From a virus (lineage: Duplodnaviria; Caudoviricetes), in the IMG/VR virus record IMGVR_UViG_3300021400_000341, positions 2,595 to 66,594 of that record: a stretch of DNA of 64,000 nt, one strand, 5' to 3'. Both the position numbers and the translations under genes were made by a program. Positions 60,826 to 64,000 of this stretch are shown here, one piece after another (position 1 is the stretch's first letter; each line of letters starts with the position of its first letter). Under the pieces are notes generated by a model that saw only the letters and a list, made by a program, of their open reading frames with translations, was not told where the DNA came from and did no database searches.

Positions 60826-61233
60826 TTATTTATAAATATCATCTAATAAAGAATTGAATACAGATTCACCCATTATTTTATTTACCTCATTTGAAAATTT
60901 ACCAAAATCTGTAACATTATCAATTCTACCACCAGAAGCTTTACGTACTATTTCTCTATATCTACTAGCAGGTACGTCCTCAGGATTCTTATAACCCATA
61001 TCCATAATTACCTTTAGCATATTTCTAGGCGATATATGGTATTGATTCATGAGTTTTTTTATTTCACGGGGATAACCACGATCAGACAAGCGATTATATC
61101 CAAATCTATTCGCAGCATCCTCATATATTACTTCATTTACTTCCTCTAAGAGGTATTCTTTTTCATTATATGATATCTCTCCATTATCATATGCTTCATA
61201 GATATCTAATTTAATATTATCATAATAATTCAT
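60826..61233 (-). CDS. Leader-bearing cargo protein (putative internal head protein)
   Basis: MNYYDNIKLDIYEAYDNGEISYNEKEYLLEEVNEVIYED; late motif at 61267-61278. Confidence 0.7.
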   Translation of the reverse strand: MNYYDNIKLDIYEAYDNGEISYNEKEYLLEEVNEVIYEDAANRFGYNRLSDRGYPREIKKLMNQYHISPRNMLKVIMDMGYKNPEDVPASRYREIVRKASGGRIDNVTDFGKFSNEVNKIMGESVFNSLLDDIYK

Positions 61234-61333
61234 AATATACTCTCCTTTCTATGATTAATATTAATTTATATATATGTTCCATTAGATTAATATTAAATAT
61301 AGTTATATATACTGCATTCTATAATTTTTTTGA

Positions 61334-61344
61334 TTATATATCAT
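61334..61344 (+). promoter_or_regulatory. Putative early promoter motif TTATAYATHAT (representative copy)
   Basis: Also at + 26563, 62333 and - 23916-23926, 34236-34246, 43122-43132, 44893-44903, 58404-58414, 59704-59714. Confidence 0.6.
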
Positions 61345-61374
61345 AAAGGTACGATTTAGAAATGATAATTGGGT

Positions 61375-61432
61375 TGGAGATAATATCAAGAGACCCCTCC
61401 AGCAATCTAAGAGATTGAGACTGGTAAAAAGG
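61375..61432 (+). ncRNA. Conserved structured 5' leader, copy C (divergent)
   Basis: GGAGAUAAUAUCAAGAGACCCCUCCAGCAAUCU-AAG-AGAUUGAGACUGGUAAAAAGG, with compensatory stem changes. Confidence 0.7.
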
Positions 61433-61439
61433 CAAAAAG

Positions 61440-62216
61440 ATGAAAATAACAAAAACTTATGAAATTAAGGAATCCGCCAAGCTTAGAAGAGCAGATCTGT
61501 ATAAAGTAGATCTTAAAGAGGTAAACCTTAAGGGGGCAGACCTTTACAAAGCAAACCTTGAAGGTGCAAATCTTCAGGGGGCAAACCTTAGCAAAACAAA
61601 TCTTGAATCAGCAAACCTTTGGTATGCAAATCTTCAGGGAGCAGACCTTGAAGGGGCAGACCTTAGTGGGACAAATTTTGAGGATGCAAACCTTAGGGGA
61701 ACAAACCTTTGGCGTGCAAACCTTAGTGATGCATGCCTTAAATGGGCGGACCTTAATGGAGCAAACCTTAAATGGGTAGACCTTTACAAAGCAAACCTTG
61801 AAGGTGCAAATCTTCAGGGGGCAAACCTTAGCAAAACAAATCTTGAATCAGCAGACCTTAGTGGAGCAAACCTTCGGGAAGCCAACCTTAGTGATACATG
61901 CCTTAAATCAGCAGACCTTAGTGGAGCAAACCTTAAATGGGTAGACCTTAGATGGGCAAAGCTTTACAACGCAGACCTTAAATGGGCAAACCTTGAATGG
62001 GCGGACCTTAAGAGCACTAACCTTGGAAATACAGACCTTACAGGTGCAAACCTTTACAAAGCAAACCTTGAAGGTGCAAATCTTCAAGGGGCTAACCTTG
62101 ATGGAGCTAACCTTGAGGGAGCTAACCTCAAGGATGCTGACATTACAGGTGCAAACTTTCAGGGGGCACATTACTTAGGGAATCTAAGTGATTTGATAAA
62201 GAAAGGGGCTCAATGA
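61440..62216 (+). CDS. Pentapeptide repeat protein
   Basis: About 45 tandem A[DN]Lxx repeats; underlying 15-bp DNA periodicity. Confidence 0.95.
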   Translation: MKITKTYEIKESAKLRRADLYKVDLKEVNLKGADLYKANLEGANLQGANLSKTNLESANLWYANLQGADLEGADLSGTNFEDANLRGTNLWRANLSDACLKWADLNGANLKWVDLYKANLEGANLQGANLSKTNLESADLSGANLREANLSDTCLKSADLSGANLKWVDLRWAKLYNADLKWANLEWADLKSTNLGNTDLTGANLYKANLEGANLQGANLDGANLEGANLKDADITGANFQGAHYLGNLSDLIKKGAQ

Positions 62217-62372
62217 GCCCCTTATTTTTTTATTTATGAACCATATTTATGAACCATATACTCTATATAAAATAGTAATATAATTTATATTAATATTTAA
62301 AGAGAATATTATCGTATTTTGTTTTTTTTTGATTATATATAATAAAGGTATATTAAATAACATACTACGGTG

Positions 62373-62430
62373 TGGAGATAATATCAAGAGCACCCTCAGG
62401 CAACTTTAATAGGTTGAGCCTGTAAAGGAG
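62373..62430 (+). ncRNA. Conserved structured 5' leader, copy D
   Basis: GGAGAUAAUAUCAAGAGCACCCUCAGGCAAC-UUUAAUAG-GUUGAGCCUGUAAAGGAG. Confidence 0.75.
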
Positions 62431-62436
62431 AAAAGT

Positions 62437-62808
62437 ATGAGAAAAACAAGTTTTGATCAAGAAATAGTATCTAGTGTCGATTATTACATAGGATTTGCTC
62501 ATTTTATTAAAACCATGGGAATAGCGTTTTTTAGAGATCTTAGTAGGATATATGATATAAGTGATATTTATATCATTACATCAAGTAAGATAAATTTAGA
62601 AACCATTAATTTTACTGAATGGTATGAAGCAAACAAAACCATCCTATGGGAGTTCTCTGAAAAATTTGTTAAACTTGTTTTTGATAATGTGATTGATATG
62701 TTTAATAAGGGAGAGATCCATATCATCCATGTGGATGGATACTTTCCGCTAGCTAATACGAAATTAAGAGGTGAAAGAATAAAAAAATTGTTGGATGAAT
62801 TGGAGTAA
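62437..62808 (+). CDS. Hypothetical accessory protein
   Basis: Follows RNA leader copy D; ends before a hairpin terminator. Confidence 0.75.
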   Translation: MRKTSFDQEIVSSVDYYIGFAHFIKTMGIAFFRDLSRIYDISDIYIITSSKINLETINFTEWYEANKTILWEFSEKFVKLVFDNVIDMFNKGEIHIIHVDGYFPLANTKLRGERIKKLLDELE

Positions 62809-62822
62809 GCTATTGAGCCAAT

Positions 62823-62856
62823 AAAGAATGGGGATTCTTAATCCCCATTCTTTTTT
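62823..62856. terminator. Bidirectional terminator
   Basis: AAAGAATGGGATT-CTT-AATCCCCATTCTTTTTTT between convergent genes. Confidence 0.75.
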
Positions 62857-62859
62857 TGT

Positions 62860-63804
62860 TTATGAACCATATACCCTATATAAAATAGTCAATTCTTTAG
62901 TCAATCCAAGAGGTTCACTTGCCATATTGAATTTACTAAATAATCTTACATTAGCATAGTCTGTATCAGAACTTGCATCTAAAGGTCTATATGCAGAGAA
63001 TAATCCAATACTATTTATTCTTGTTTCTTCAATGTTTCCATTATAATCAAACCATTCTTTTATATCAGCTTTATTTATTATTAACTTAGCTTCTACATAA
63101 GATTCTATTGTACTTGTATTACTATAATCAGGACTAAATGGATTAATACTACTTGAGCCATTAGTCTTTAATTCAGTTCCATCAGAATATTCATCTGAAT
63201 CATTTAATCTATGGTAAAATTCTATATTATCAAATTTCTTTAAGAAATATGCAGTTTTGCCTGCAGCAAGTTTATTGGTTACTTTACCAAAATAAATATC
63301 TTGTTCAGCTACAGTTAAACCATTATTGTTATTACTGTCTATAAATCTAAATGGAACCATTCCATCTAACATATAGTCTTTATATTCAGGAGATACTATA
63401 GTGATATTATTAGAAGCTGTTCCATTACATCCAACACCAAATAGACATACTTTTTCATTCCAGTTATGAGGTAAAGGAATACCTTGTTCAACATCAATAT
63501 CATTTGTATCTAATGTAATATTACTTAGAGTACCATCTTCAACATCACCTATATCAATAGGTGTATTATGTAATGTAGGTATTTCAAAACTTGATTTACC
63601 AATACCAAATACTTGTTCAAATACAAATTGAACACCGCCTATTGGTACTATATTGGTTTCTTCAAAAACAACTTCTCCTAATTGAGAAATTCCTTTATCA
63701 TCTTTATAATAATCATATCCACCTATTATTTGAGTCTTAGCCCATATATTAGGTTTTATGCCGTCTTTAGTATTTATTTTGTCATTTATCTTTATACTTT
63801 TCAT
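62860..63804 (-). CDS. Putative virion structural (tail/baseplate) protein
   Basis: Late motif at 63842-63853; SD GAAAGGAG; beta-rich sequence. Confidence 0.5.
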   Translation of the reverse strand: MKSIKINDKINTKDGIKPNIWAKTQIIGGYDYYKDDKGISQLGEVVFEETNIVPIGGVQFVFEQVFGIGKSSFEIPTLHNTPIDIGDVEDGTLSNITLDTNDIDVEQGIPLPHNWNEKVCLFGVGCNGTASNNITIVSPEYKDYMLDGMVPFRFIDSNNNNGLTVAEQDIYFGKVTNKLAAGKTAYFLKKFDNIEFYHRLNDSDEYSDGTELKTNGSSSINPFSPDYSNTSTIESYVEAKLIINKADIKEWFDYNGNIEETRINSIGLFSAYRPLDASSDTDYANVRLFSKFNMASEPLGLTKELTILYRVYGS

Positions 63805-63854
63805 AAATAATACTCTACTCCTTTCATTTAGTAATATTGGTTATTTAAATGTTT

Positions 63855-64000
63855 TCAAGTATTATATCTTGTGATTTGTATCTTATCATTTAAATTCATA
63901 TTATCATTAAGTTTATTATCTGTAATATTTATAAAATGTATATTATCATAATAAGTAGTATTATCATCTATTGTAAATTTACTATCAATTACATTTACTA
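63855..64000 (-). CDS. 3' end of a gene running off the right edge
   Basis: Open frame ...DDNTTYYDNIHF...KIQITRYNT stop. Confidence 0.5.
   Translation of the reverse strand, partial: VNVIDSKFTIDDNTTYYDNIHFINITDNKLNDNMNLNDKIQITRYNT

Noticed and set aside
61500-62170. CRISPR array or DGR template/variable repeat
   Set aside because: Repeats are in-frame codon repeats without unique spacers; no adenine-specific divergence and no reverse transcriptase in the window.
61558-62178. Alternative-frame and antisense ORFs 61558-61779, 61908-62171, 61993-62178
   Set aside because: Shadows of the 15-bp periodic pentapeptide gene; no SD sites.
62373-62430. SAM-I or glycine riboswitch identity for the repeated leader (AUCAAGAG...GCAAC; GGAGA...CUCAGG)
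   Set aside because: No room for SAM-I P2/kink-turn or P4 and no closing P1 GAU strand; glycine aptamer internal elements are absent; downstream genes are unrelated to these pathways.
1-64000. Alternative genetic code (stop-codon reassignment)
   Set aside because: Conserved genes are full length under the standard code and TAG/TGA act as stops at sensible gene ends; the beta' break is a TAA followed by non-coding sequence.
1-64000. Phage nucleus (chimallin), PhuZ tubulin, major capsid protein or tRNA genes
   Set aside because: No recognisable motifs seen in this window; absence elsewhere in the genome cannot be judged.

Overview
Very AT-rich 64 kb segment of a jumbo myophage of the AR9/PBS1-phiKZ-like type. 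Strong AAGGAG Shine-Dalgarno sites suggest a Bacillota host, and the standard genetic code gives intact ORFs. Core genes recognisable by motif: terminase large subunit, tail sheath and tube, UvsX/RecA, Dda-like and DnaB-like helicases, GroEL-like chaperonin, IF-1, a ThyX-like protein, and pieces of two multisubunit RNA polymerases. The polymerase pieces are a large beta, a beta C-terminal piece, a beta' middle piece, a beta' extreme C-terminal piece, a second beta' C-half and a probable sigma-like subunit. Two promoter classes can be read directly: an AR9-like late motif (A/T)ACA-N6-TA and a putative early motif TTATAYATHAT. Most striking observations: (1) a ~30-aa leader (YDxI[KR]L[ED]IYEAYDNxEIxYxEKEYLLE) reused on five unrelated cargo proteins, suggesting a modular capsid-loading/injection system; (2) a ~58-nt structured 5' leader with covariation in front of four unrelated accessory genes; (3) accessory cassettes, one encoding an EndoU-like RNase, bracketed by direct repeats of neighbouring gene ends/terminators; (4) a NUMOD4-HNH gene (missed by the ORF track) that interrupts the beta' gene at the bridge helix. 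No tRNA, rRNA or CRISPR array was seen. All family assignments come from motif recognition by eye, without database searches.
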